The notes under the pieces: generated by a model | Seen by the model: only the letters and a program-made list of their open reading frames with translations | Told to the model about the DNA's origin: nothing | The model's database searches: none | Part shown: positions 10,074-19,635 of the stretch, one piece after another | Layout of the letters: every line of letters begins with the position of its first letter | How positions within the stretch are numbered: position 1 is the stretch's first letter | Position numbers and translations under genes: made by a program | Virus record (IMG/VR): IMGVR_UViG_3300033121_000493 | Coordinates: 32,001 to 96,000 of that record | Source of the DNA: a virus | Lineage: Duplodnaviria > Caudoviricetes | Length of the DNA: 64,000 nucleotides | Direction: 5' to 3' (one strand)

Positions 10074-10857
10074 TTATGTAACTTTCGTGAAGCTTAAAGA
10101 TCAAAGCCAAAACTAACCCAGCTGTCTTTTCTGGAAGTGTTTTCTTGCTCCATAGATCTGCAAACGTTCTATATGGCTCTTTGTTACCAGCGCCGAATAG
10201 CCGCATGTCGTGCCCGGAGCTATTACCTATTGCGTAGATAACAGTAGATATGTCATCCGTTGGTCTGCCAAGGCCAGTGAGATTTATTACACCATTCCAA
10301 TCTCCAACATCTGTAGACGGCCCCTGTATGACAATCTCTGATAATTCTTTGGCTGGCAACTTAAACGGGTATGACACTGTACTAGCAGGATTACGTATAG
10401 TACCAGAATAACTGTTACCAGACACGAGCTCTTCTATAACTACATCTCCATTAGTTACTGTTATCTTCCACTGCCATTTCATACGGCCTTGCTTAGGATC
10501 TGCGTCTAGTTCACCAGCGCCAACAACGCGTAGCGCGCTAGAGGTGTTTTGTTCAAAGCCATATGTCTGCAGCGCAAAATCGCACGCCATGTTTGGAGCG
10601 TACGTTATGCGTTTATCGTGGTAGAACAAATACTTTTCATATGACGTAGCGTGAATTATTTGTAACAGACGCCGTGCTTGAAAGTTTAACCACGTGTTAT
10701 CTGGCTTGCTGCCAAACAGCAAAGTCCAGTAATGCTTAAGGTTGTTATCAAGAACTTGCCCCGCAAATGTCTCCGGTATGTACTCTTCACCTAATTCTGT
10801 TAATGCCTGCCCACCACCACGGCGATTCAGTAATAGTGTTCTAGCGTGGTTAATCAT
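10060..10857 (-). CDS. Hypothetical tail/baseplate protein
   Basis: 265-aa ORF within the tail operon. Confidence 0.55.
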   Translation of the reverse strand: MINHARTLLLNRRGGGQALTELGEEYIPETFAGQVLDNNLKHYWTLLFGSKPDNTWLNFQARRLLQIIHATSYEKYLFYHDKRITYAPNMACDFALQTYGFEQNTSSALRVVGAGELDADPKQGRMKWQWKITVTNGDVVIEELVSGNSYSGTIRNPASTVSYPFKLPAKELSEIVIQGPSTDVGDWNGVINLTGLGRPTDDISTVIYAIGNSSGHDMRLFGAGNKEPYRTFADLWSKKTLPEKTAGLVLALIFKLHESYINDAR

Positions 10858-10868
10858 GGGACTTTCCT

Positions 10869-11357
10869 TTATCTAAACGCTGCTGGAAGCGTTTTCAGTA
10901 ATAGTGAAAAGCTATGTATACCCGCTGACGGATCAGATGTATTAAGCGTCATAGCTATCAAATAGCCGTTAATTACTTCATCAGCCAACGTAACAGTTAT
11001 CTTATCAAAGTTATTGGATATACGCTTATCTTTGTAGAACTTAAGCAGATTAGATATACCATTACCAGAATCACACGTCCTAAAGAAAGCAAAGCCACTT
11101 ATAGTTAAGTCGCCAGGCTGATCGCCAAAAGAATACGCGTAGATAATATTCTCAAGACTCTGTTGGAATTGCGTATTGGTTCTCTGGCTGTAGGCTATGT
11201 TAGTGATTAGCACGCCGTCTATAACAGTTCTACTTTTAGATCCTACATTGTTAAACACCAACAGTTTAGCAGACCCTCTAATAGGCGGTAGCGCTACCAC
11301 CTTTAGCGCGCCAGCAGCAACACTGTCTTTGTAAAATATATCCATAGCGTATATCAA
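10869..11357 (-). CDS. Tail tube initiator / tube-like protein (putative)
   Basis: Directly after the tape measure; YAYSFGDQPGDLTISG pattern parallels YVAARPQGQMTISN in the tube gene. Confidence 0.55.
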   Translation of the reverse strand: MIYAMDIFYKDSVAAGALKVVALPPIRGSAKLLVFNNVGSKSRTVIDGVLITNIAYSQRTNTQFQQSLENIIYAYSFGDQPGDLTISGFAFFRTCDSGNGISNLLKFYKDKRISNNFDKITVTLADEVINGYLIAMTLNTSDPSAGIHSFSLLLKTLPAAFR

Positions 11358-11360
11358 CCT

Positions 11361-14300
11361 TTATACCGGCGGTACTGTGTTGTCGTTGTAGTTACGTGTA
11401 GCTGAGGTTGCAGCGGCTTTACCACCGTCACTCTTGCCAGACATAACCTTGATAATAACAGATCCAGATAACTTCTCACCTGTATCGCCATCAACAAATT
11501 CAACTTTCTGTTGCGACGCTTGTTCTTTAGCTTTATCACTCTCTGCCTTTTTAGCGTCTGCGTCTTTGAGCTTATCTGTTGTTTCTTCAAGTATCTTTGA
11601 ATAATCAAAATCTTTAAGATCCATACCGGCTTTAGCCATCGTATCAAACAAGGCTTTGAGATCTGACGCGCCGTCCAAACTCTCATCGCCTTCAGTGGCC
11701 ATGAATAGCTTGAGAGCGTCAGGATCAACGCGGTTATTCTTAAAGACGCCGCCTTTATCGTTTTGAATAATAGCTTTAAGGCTATTGATCAGCTCTGCTG
11801 TAGGCGCGTCTTTACGACTCTTGGATAACACAGCCTGTAGGCGCGTCATCGTGGTACGTACTTGCTGAGCACGTAGTCTAGGATCGTTAGCGCCTAAACC
11901 ACCTGGCACAGTGCCGTTGCGGATATTTAGTTTCTCTTCGTCAGTAAAGCTATACGGATTAGTTAGCGCATCAGTATTAAGCAACGCATTAGTTGAGATG
12001 CTCTTTTGGGCGTCGTCTACTTGCTCAGCCTTGTCTTCGTCACTGATCATTACAGCGCCAATATCATCACGCTGATTGAGCAAACTTTTCTGGATAGCGC
12101 TATTCTGACTGAGTATCTCGTCAGTACTTACACCTGCTAACATTTGGCCGTGAGCTATATCTTTTAACAACTCTTTACGTGGAGTAAACACACCACCTGG
12201 CCCCTTTTCATACAGGAGTTCAGTGTTTTGAGCTATTAGGTCTTTGAGCTCAATCAGCTTGGCTTTCTTCTCTTCTGGCGTTTGGGCGTTGGCAAACTCT
12301 CTCTTCTTCATTTCTATAGCGTTAAATGCTTCTGCAGCACTCTTGTACGAATATTCTTTGCCAGCACGTATCGCTGTCATGTAACTACTACGAGCGCGCT
12401 TAGTGATAAACTCAAGGTTACTAAACTGTGTCTTATACGGCAGCTCATTAAACTCTTTGCGTATGCTTTCACGCTCTTCAGGCGTAGATGCCATGTTGAA
12501 CTTAGCTTGTAGAGTTCTAAACTTTTCAGCCGTCTCTCTAGCTTCGCTCATGGCTACGTTGATAATTTCACCACTCTTACCCAATGGCTTAGTCGCCATA
12601 TCAATGTCATGCTGAGACATACTGGTTAGTCTGCCAGCTATTCTGCCTGCTGCCTCTATTCCAGTATCTGTGCCAGGTATATCGCGCATTGTGGCGATGT
12701 CTTTAAACATATCTCCCTGGTACATCTTGTTGATCATTTCGCCAGTAGCACCCATACCGCCTATGTTTGGCATTTGGCTGGCAATCTTACCTACAGCTTC
12801 GACAGCATTACCTAATTGCTCTTGATACTCAGCGTGCAGCGCCGGATCACTGGTCGTGTTCAAGAGGTTCATTAAGTTGGATATGCGCTCAATCCCACCA
12901 GTACCAAAAGCTTTCTCTACGTCTGCCGTCATAACAAAACCAGCGCCAGACATTACAGACTGCAGTGTCGTGTTGCCTCGCCCAATAGACCCCATAATCC
13001 TGGATATGACGTCTCCACGTGTTTTGAGATTAAGGCCACTTAGAATGGTTTGGCCTTCAACGCCTATTGCCACATTCTTTTGCTGCTCATCAATAGCTTT
13101 TTGCCTACCAGACGAAAACAATTGCATAAAGCCAGCAGCGTCTTTTACGTTGGCGGAATTAAATACTCTGGATACACCTTGATTAGTGTCCACAGTCTGC
13201 AGCAAACTATTAAGCTGATTAGTGTTTAGATTAAGGCCATTATTCTGTAACCACTCAGCACGTCCACCAGGTGTATTAGCTTCACTGAAAGATCTGGCTA
13301 CAAGCCCAGATACATCTTCAGCGCTCATTCCAGTATTGCGTAGCGCGCTACCGATAGCATCATTGGGGTCAGCCATGATAGACGACAGAACACCACGTGA
13401 TACCTGGCCTAGACGCGCTATGGCTTCGCCAGAGCTGGCACGCTGGATAGCAGAGATCATGTTTGGGTTTTGGGATATAAACTGCTGCACACCTGTATCA
13501 CTCATTAGAGCACTCATAGCTCTATTTTCACCAATACCAAGTGACGCTAGCTTTTGCTTTACTTCTGCCATACGGGCTGGTGTTATCTCTGCATTCTTAC
13601 CAGCAGCCATTAGCTCGTTGTATGTATTACGCTGATCGCCAGATAGCGACGCTAAATCTACGTTAGACAACAGCATTTGTGTCTGCGCCGACATACGCAT
13701 AGCCGGTGACATTACGTTACGTGCAAGAGTTTGGAATCTCAGATTACTTTCCTCGTCGGGGGACAGACGGCCAATGTATGCGCCAGGAAATGCTGTCTGG
13801 GATACAACTGTCGACATAGATGCTTGTTGGGCAATAGTAGATCCTATGTCCCCACGCATACCCATCTGCCTGGCCATGTTGGCACCAGACTTGGATATCT
13901 CCATCATCATTTCCATAGAGATGTTGGAGGCTTTAGCCATCTCCTTTACTTTGATAAGAGTGTTCTGCAGTGTGCTGGCACTAAACTCTTGGAATGCACC
14001 ACCTGTAAACTTTTGTATCTCAGCAATAAGTTGATCCACAGGCGCATCAGGCGAGCCAACAATCTCGCGCATTGTGGCGATTACTTCAGAGTAGCTTTTT
14101 AGCTGTTTACCTATGTTGGATGTTTGTGCTGTTCTACGTAGACCGGGCAACTCAGCTTCTTCTATTTTTACATCACCAAACACACCGCGCGAGTATTCAC
14201 GTGCGCCTGCATCTGATATAGGCCTAACGTCCAATAAGCCAGATGACGTTAGTCTAGACGCTAAACTACCTATATCTCCCAGCTTTAATCCACGTGTTAA

Positions 14301-14948
14301 TTCCATGCTGGGCATACCAGACGGCGCAAAGTAGTCCAGCATTCTATTTGTCATGGACAACGCGTCGCGTGACTGCATGCCCAGTGAATATCTATCACTT
14401 GTATAGTCGCGTACGTTTTGTGTTGCCATATACATGTTGCGGGCAAAGTCTATAGCAGACCCACCTGGCAACGTCATCCCAGCCATACCACTCATCCAAA
14501 GCGGCATCATGGCGCTTTCAGCTGTTGCGCGTGATACGCCGCCAGATAAGCCAGTTAGATTATGTATTACACCTGCCAATCTATTTTGATCTGACGAGAA
14601 ACCTATTGACATGGCTTGGCGTAAATTCTGCTCCATATTGCGGCCACGTAGAACATCAGCAACATTTACGCCAGCTGGAAAATACTGGTAGCCGTTATTA
14701 GCAGCAACCATTTCCATACCGTAGCCAAGTAGTCCACCTAATGGGCTGTTGCCAATAGAGAAGTGATATGGGCTATATAGCTGCGGTTGGAAGAAAGAGC
14801 CATTGGATAGAAAAGACGAACCAGGCTGCATAGCGTACATTTGTGGCAAATTGCCAAATGACGGGCCATATCCAGGAGTACCAAACGCGCTCGGAATACC
14901 TGACGCATTTAGCATTTGGTTGATTGCAGCCTGGTCCATTGGATTCAT
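11361..14948 (-). CDS. Tape measure protein
   Basis: 1195 aa, helical, Ala/Gly/Met-rich; directly follows the frameshifted chaperone pair. Confidence 0.8.
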   Translation of the reverse strand: MNPMDQAAINQMLNASGIPSAFGTPGYGPSFGNLPQMYAMQPGSSFLSNGSFFQPQLYSPYHFSIGNSPLGGLLGYGMEMVAANNGYQYFPAGVNVADVLRGRNMEQNLRQAMSIGFSSDQNRLAGVIHNLTGLSGGVSRATAESAMMPLWMSGMAGMTLPGGSAIDFARNMYMATQNVRDYTSDRYSLGMQSRDALSMTNRMLDYFAPSGMPSMELTRGLKLGDIGSLASRLTSSGLLDVRPISDAGAREYSRGVFGDVKIEEAELPGLRRTAQTSNIGKQLKSYSEVIATMREIVGSPDAPVDQLIAEIQKFTGGAFQEFSASTLQNTLIKVKEMAKASNISMEMMMEISKSGANMARQMGMRGDIGSTIAQQASMSTVVSQTAFPGAYIGRLSPDEESNLRFQTLARNVMSPAMRMSAQTQMLLSNVDLASLSGDQRNTYNELMAAGKNAEITPARMAEVKQKLASLGIGENRAMSALMSDTGVQQFISQNPNMISAIQRASSGEAIARLGQVSRGVLSSIMADPNDAIGSALRNTGMSAEDVSGLVARSFSEANTPGGRAEWLQNNGLNLNTNQLNSLLQTVDTNQGVSRVFNSANVKDAAGFMQLFSSGRQKAIDEQQKNVAIGVEGQTILSGLNLKTRGDVISRIMGSIGRGNTTLQSVMSGAGFVMTADVEKAFGTGGIERISNLMNLLNTTSDPALHAEYQEQLGNAVEAVGKIASQMPNIGGMGATGEMINKMYQGDMFKDIATMRDIPGTDTGIEAAGRIAGRLTSMSQHDIDMATKPLGKSGEIINVAMSEARETAEKFRTLQAKFNMASTPEERESIRKEFNELPYKTQFSNLEFITKRARSSYMTAIRAGKEYSYKSAAEAFNAIEMKKREFANAQTPEEKKAKLIELKDLIAQNTELLYEKGPGGVFTPRKELLKDIAHGQMLAGVSTDEILSQNSAIQKSLLNQRDDIGAVMISDEDKAEQVDDAQKSISTNALLNTDALTNPYSFTDEEKLNIRNGTVPGGLGANDPRLRAQQVRTTMTRLQAVLSKSRKDAPTAELINSLKAIIQNDKGGVFKNNRVDPDALKLFMATEGDESLDGASDLKALFDTMAKAGMDLKDFDYSKILEETTDKLKDADAKKAESDKAKEQASQQKVEFVDGDTGEKLSGSVIIKVMSGKSDGGKAAATSATRNYNDNTVPPV

Positions 14949-15403
14949 GTAGTTCTCTTTTGCTGACGTCGCTTCTTTTCTTCTTCGTAAGCGCGAACCA
15001 TTTTAACTAAACCACTGGGCGTAATACCAGTATCGCCTATCTCTTCGCCCTTATCTGCTATAACGTTACGCAATTCATTAAGTTGTTTGATTATATTAGG
15101 ACTGTCCCACGGCTCACGTAGCAATTTGAGTAGCTCTAAACTGTACTGCATACGAAGTTGACTAGCTTCAAACATCTTTGTTTGGACTGTTTCTCCCATA
15201 CCTGTTGTAAATATCTGGGCAGCGGCTTCGTCCAACTTCATTTTGTCCAGTGTTGTTTTTTCATCGTCCTGTCGCATTAGCTCTTTTAGAACATACGCTT
15301 CACGTATCAAATATATGGCGTTGATTGGACAGCCTGCACTTGTATCAAGCAGCCCACTGGCGGCTGCCCGTACTAAGAGGTGTGCCCAGCGGCTGCTGCC
15401 CAA
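14945..15403 (-). CDS. Tail assembly chaperone C-terminal extension (gpT-like, -1 frame)
   Basis: Lies in the -1 frame relative to 15373..16275 and begins at the slippery heptamer; ends overlapping the tape measure start. Confidence 0.7.
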   Translation of the reverse strand: MGSSRWAHLLVRAAASGLLDTSAGCPINAIYLIREAYVLKELMRQDDEKTTLDKMKLDEAAAQIFTTGMGETVQTKMFEASQLRMQYSLELLKLLREPWDSPNIIKQLNELRNVIADKGEEIGDTGITPSGLVKMVRAYEEEKKRRQQKRTT

Positions 15404-16275
15404 AAATTTGCGTCATGCGCCATTGACGTAAACCAATCATACAGCCTATCAAACTCAAGAAAGGCAGAAAACACGATACTATACATGGCACTAGCCGTGC
15501 CGTTGCCAAACACAGCTGCATGAACAGCGTCTGGGCTACTATCTGCTACTGCTATATATTTGGTAGTTGTGTTGTTAGTTTCTATGGAGTCAATAGCATT
15601 AGCACACATATACTTTTGGGCTAGAGCCGTAGCGTCAGCCGCACCAAGCTTATCTTTACCTGCTACCAACAATTCGCGTATGTGCTCAATAATCTTTGTC
15701 GTCTCGTCGATAGTTCTGGATCTGAGAGTTACTTTGACGGAACCATTGAACATTTCATACGTCTTGTAGAACCTACTACCTGGCGCGAATACATGGCGCA
15801 CAAACGCCAACTTGTCATCTTCTGTATATGGCGGCTCTTTGAATTGGTTACGTATGTCATACTTACAATGGTCGCATACAACAGGAAAGCTGCATGACTT
15901 AATAACTGTTGTAACTTGGCTTGGATTAAGATTGGTTAAATCCGTGCCACTTACAGTGTTAGGAGGATCTAGCGGCTTACCTATTTGTAGGCTTGGGTCT
16001 ACGTTGGTCTCGCTGCCGTGTACTTCTTGTTTAACAGCTTCCAGCTTACTGGCAATACCATCAGGATCATCCACCAACTCATCTATAGGAATAATGTTGG
16101 TTACTTTGTCTGGCGTAATCTTCTCTACGGCTTCATCTGTCAATTTGCCGTCAGGGCCAATTAATCCTTGGTAGCGCGCTACAGCGATCTCATACTCTGT
16201 TAGGCGTACGTCTTTATTAGCAAACTTACCCTTCATTGACGGGCAGCTCTTAATCTGTTCTTCTGTAAAACTCAC
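15373..16275 (-). CDS. Tail assembly chaperone (gpG-like)
   Basis: Upstream of the tape measure; ends ...DANFWAAAAGHTS across the slippery site. Confidence 0.7.
   Translation of the reverse strand: MSFTEEQIKSCPSMKGKFANKDVRLTEYEIAVARYQGLIGPDGKLTDEAVEKITPDKVTNIIPIDELVDDPDGIASKLEAVKQEVHGSETNVDPSLQIGKPLDPPNTVSGTDLTNLNPSQVTTVIKSCSFPVVCDHCKYDIRNQFKEPPYTEDDKLAFVRHVFAPGSRFYKTYEMFNGSVKVTLRSRTIDETTKIIEHIRELLVAGKDKLGAADATALAQKYMCANAIDSIETNNTTTKYIAVADSSPDAVHAAVFGNGTASAMYSIVFSAFLEFDRLYDWFTSMAHDANFWAAAAGHTS
15403..15409 (-). other. Programmed -1 frameshift slippery site A-AAT-TTT
   Basis: Coding strand GCA AAT TTT TGG fits X XXY YYZ; a -1 slip enters ...LGSSRWAHLL. Confidence 0.75.
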
Positions 16276-19040
16276 TTGTTCACCTTTCTTTGCAACGTGA
16301 CGTTATATCCGTCCTTCATATTCACAAACTTAGTCTTAGCCGGGCGAGTAACTGTCGTATCAAATGCTGTGCCTGTCACATGATCATAATTCTGCTGTTC
16401 CACAATAGTCATACTACTGGCGTTTACCCACGTGTCATAGCCAGGATACGGCATAGTTTTACGTATATCAGTTTCCTCCCACACAGCTGTAGACAAATCA
16501 TATGCTTTATTAGTCTCTTGCCAACGTGACTCGTACCATACAAAATCTTTATTAGTCCCATACTCTGTTGGCACACGGAATGAGAATGACGCGTTCTTAA
16601 CAATATCCGTGCTGGCGTATTGGCTGCCGTCGCCATATAGAGAGAAAATAATGTCTGTGACTATACTGTTATCTTCTAGTCTTTGCGACTGCAATGTAGA
16701 TTTAACTCTAACTTTATCACTATCCAACTGATCTTTACCTTGTGGCGGCTGTGCGGGTGGCGTTTGGTCTTTAGCTCTAAAGTCATCAGCTGTCTTGCCA
16801 ATAAACCCGTTGTTGTCATCAGACGCTATAGCTCGGCAAATAATAGAGCCAGCAAATATAGCCGAACCGCCTGTTTGCATATTGTGTTGAACAACCAAAC
16901 TACCACCAGCTAAAACAGACTCATCAAATATACCGTTCTTTGTTGCCAACACAGATCCATCTACATACAGATCGCCAAGTACTTCAACAGCTGTATTAAA
17001 GTCTTCATGCCCAAACGCAATTACAGATGCCCCAATAGTGGCGTAGTTAAGAGACTTACCGCCCAACACAAACTCATTAGGCCTAAAGTCCAATGACGCC
17101 GTATTCTCATCATTATTACCCGACGACCCAGTTATCACTTGGAAACTTCTGCTACATCTATGTACAGCGTCACCACCGTGTAAGAATAGATCGCCACCGC
17201 CACCGCCAGCATCTATATGAAATTCACTATTTATCTCAGTGCCTTCTTTTACACCAGATCTAAGGTATGCATTTTTGGATAGCGTAACTATGTTGGAATC
17301 CTTAGCCGCGATTAAAACACCACGGCTTTGTACCTGCTCCCCAACATTACTCCAGTCTGGTTTAGTATCATTTGTGGATTGTGATTCTATTAGAACACCA
17401 CGCTCAACAGCCACAGCCATTAGATTGCCTTGGGCTTTTATGCGTACATCACCAGTGCTGGCAGATAGATCCATAGAGCTACCAGCCTTTAGCACAATAT
17501 CATTTGGTGCCCAAATATGCCCAGATCTACCAGGCTGCATAATCACATCCAACCTAGCTGCCAGGATTATATTTCCATTCTCCATACGTATCTGTGAGCC
17601 AAAAGCATCCTCGATAAGAATGCTGCCATTATCCGACATCTTTATACAAGAGCGCCCACAGTAATATTTAACTTCTTGTTGTCTGTGATCTACTTTGATA
17701 GAACTGTGTTTTGGCATAGGCATCCAAAACGACGTAGGATCAAACTTCTTCTCTGGCTCATACCGAGCTTTATCCAACTTAAGCGTATGCATGTTGGAAT
17801 ATTCACTGGGTATAAACCAATCTCTCGTATGTCGTATAAACGGCATGTTTCTATACACGCTATACATAGCTGCGTGCATTTCCCAAGCCAACATAGCTGT
17901 TGAGCCTGGTTCATTAATTTCATATTCAGTTACGTCGTGTGTATCGCCAGATCCAAAAGTTCCAGCTGCTTTGTAATTTTGGTCATTATCCCCTGTTGGG
18001 TCATCAGGCAGCTTACGCTCAACAGGCAACCGTATACCCACTGACTTTTCAAGTACTATTTCTTTAGCAGCCCTTACAAAATATCCACCCCTGGAATCAT
18101 ACCCAACATCCAACACGCCAGGTTGTTTAGCTGCTCCATATGTATTTACTGCGCCTGTAATAGTGTCGTCATTGACTAAACCAACAAACGTTCTATTTAG
18201 ATTACCCAGATAGCCCTTAAACTCTTTTACTCTCCACAGACCATCCTGATCATCACGTACTGGCTCTCTAGCCGCTTTATCCGTATCCGTCGAGTTGCTA
18301 AATGTCTCTTTAGTAAAATCAGAAGACGACCTAACAACACCCCTCGTCTCCCACGGATAACAGCTCCACTTATACGTTTCGTTATATTCTCCCTCATCAT
18401 CCACATATCTATCTTCCCTACCAGCCGTATCTATTTCCATGTTGTAGCCGGTAAGTCTTAATAAATTATCTGCCCAAAAAGCCTCCACGCCACAAAAATG
18501 ACTGGCTCTAAGCCACGCCATCATTTTGCCTATACCATAAGAAACACCAAGCTCATTAATAACTCCATGATCACCAGGCAACTCATCACATGGTCTACCG
18601 TGTGTAAAAGCAGGTAATACATTCTTACCCCCTTTACTCTCAGTCATCATTTGGTGAACACGGTCAAAGAAATAGCCAGAATTACACCCAGGCACAATCC
18701 AATCAGGTTGTAGATTGAATTTAGGAGAGTGTGCTACTTCAGGAATACCATTAATAACAAAACAGAAATGGCTATTAGCAGGCTGATAGCACAACACTTT
18801 ACTGTGTATAGGATAAGCAGCACCTATATTACGTGCACCAATAATCCCATTTCCTATATTCGAAATAGGAATACCCTGCATAACTCCTTTAAGTGTTCCA
18901 CCCACATGCACAACACCTAAATGAGCAACATTATCTATCACTTCACCTATAAATAAAGAACCAGACGGTAATCCAATAACAGGATTTTGAACTCTATCTG
19001 CTGCTTCTGCTTTTACTAATTCTGGTATTCTGCCTAGCAT
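16272..19040 (-). CDS. Baseplate central spike (gp5/VgrG-like)
   Basis: N-terminal OB-like region, SILIEDAFGSQIRMENGNIIL and long Gly/Val beta-helix repeats. ATG at 19040 has a GGAG SD; the track start 19067 lies inside a terminator hairpin. Confidence 0.7.
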   Translation of the reverse strand: MLGRIPELVKAEAADRVQNPVIGLPSGSLFIGEVIDNVAHLGVVHVGGTLKGVMQGIPISNIGNGIIGARNIGAAYPIHSKVLCYQPANSHFCFVINGIPEVAHSPKFNLQPDWIVPGCNSGYFFDRVHQMMTESKGGKNVLPAFTHGRPCDELPGDHGVINELGVSYGIGKMMAWLRASHFCGVEAFWADNLLRLTGYNMEIDTAGREDRYVDDEGEYNETYKWSCYPWETRGVVRSSSDFTKETFSNSTDTDKAAREPVRDDQDGLWRVKEFKGYLGNLNRTFVGLVNDDTITGAVNTYGAAKQPGVLDVGYDSRGGYFVRAAKEIVLEKSVGIRLPVERKLPDDPTGDNDQNYKAAGTFGSGDTHDVTEYEINEPGSTAMLAWEMHAAMYSVYRNMPFIRHTRDWFIPSEYSNMHTLKLDKARYEPEKKFDPTSFWMPMPKHSSIKVDHRQQEVKYYCGRSCIKMSDNGSILIEDAFGSQIRMENGNIILAARLDVIMQPGRSGHIWAPNDIVLKAGSSMDLSASTGDVRIKAQGNLMAVAVERGVLIESQSTNDTKPDWSNVGEQVQSRGVLIAAKDSNIVTLSKNAYLRSGVKEGTEINSEFHIDAGGGGGDLFLHGGDAVHRCSRSFQVITGSSGNNDENTASLDFRPNEFVLGGKSLNYATIGASVIAFGHEDFNTAVEVLGDLYVDGSVLATKNGIFDESVLAGGSLVVQHNMQTGGSAIFAGSIICRAIASDDNNGFIGKTADDFRAKDQTPPAQPPQGKDQLDSDKVRVKSTLQSQRLEDNSIVTDIIFSLYGDGSQYASTDIVKNASFSFRVPTEYGTNKDFVWYESRWQETNKAYDLSTAVWEETDIRKTMPYPGYDTWVNASSMTIVEQQNYDHVTGTAFDTTVTRPAKTKFVNMKDGYNVTLQRKVNK

Positions 19041-19051
19041 GTTGTCTCCAC

Positions 19052-19088
19052 AAAAAATGGGTGGCATAACTTTACGCTATACCACCCA
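19052..19088 (-). terminator. Rho-independent terminator after the tail tube gene
   Basis: TGGGTGGTATAGC-GTAAA-GTTATGCCACCCA followed by TTTTTT. Confidence 0.8.
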
Positions 19089-19117
19089 CCGATCGCAAGG
19101 TGTTGAGCAAGTTTATT

Positions 19118-19615
19118 TTACGAACCTGTAGTGTTTCCACCATAGCTCGCCGAAGCGAAGATAAATGCCATGTTGTTACTGACAAGATAATCAGCAACAC
19201 TCATAGACACACTGGCAGATACCAAAACAGGTTGCGAAAAAGAGATAGACCCACCTTGCTTTTGGCACAGGCCTGTTTGGCCTTTACCTTCAATACTAAC
19301 CGTAATGTTCTTACCAGTTTCGGCAGAACACACATCGCCGTATTGCTGGGTGAAATCTACCATACCACCCAAATCTGTAATAACATTGCTTATTGTCATC
19401 TGGCCCTGTGGACGAGCAGCCACATAAGCCTGATAATCAGCATTCTCCAAATCAAACAATCTGGATACTTGCTGGGCGTAGTTAAATCCAATTTGCTGGA
19501 CCAACATAAACGTGTTATCACGTCCAGAGATAGCAATTTGGAAATTATCAGCGCTATAAGCTCTACGCACGCTTTGTGGTCTGCGTCCTAGAATATCATT
19601 AGCTGAACTTGGCAT
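19118..19615 (-). CDS. Tail tube protein
   Basis: 165 aa, directly after the sheath and followed by a terminator. Confidence 0.75.
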   Translation of the reverse strand: MPSSANDILGRRPQSVRRAYSADNFQIAISGRDNTFMLVQQIGFNYAQQVSRLFDLENADYQAYVAARPQGQMTISNVITDLGGMVDFTQQYGDVCSAETGKNITVSIEGKGQTGLCQKQGGSISFSQPVLVSASVSMSVADYLVSNNMAFIFASASYGGNTTGS

Positions 19616-19635
19616 GTTTTATCCCCTTTTTAAAC

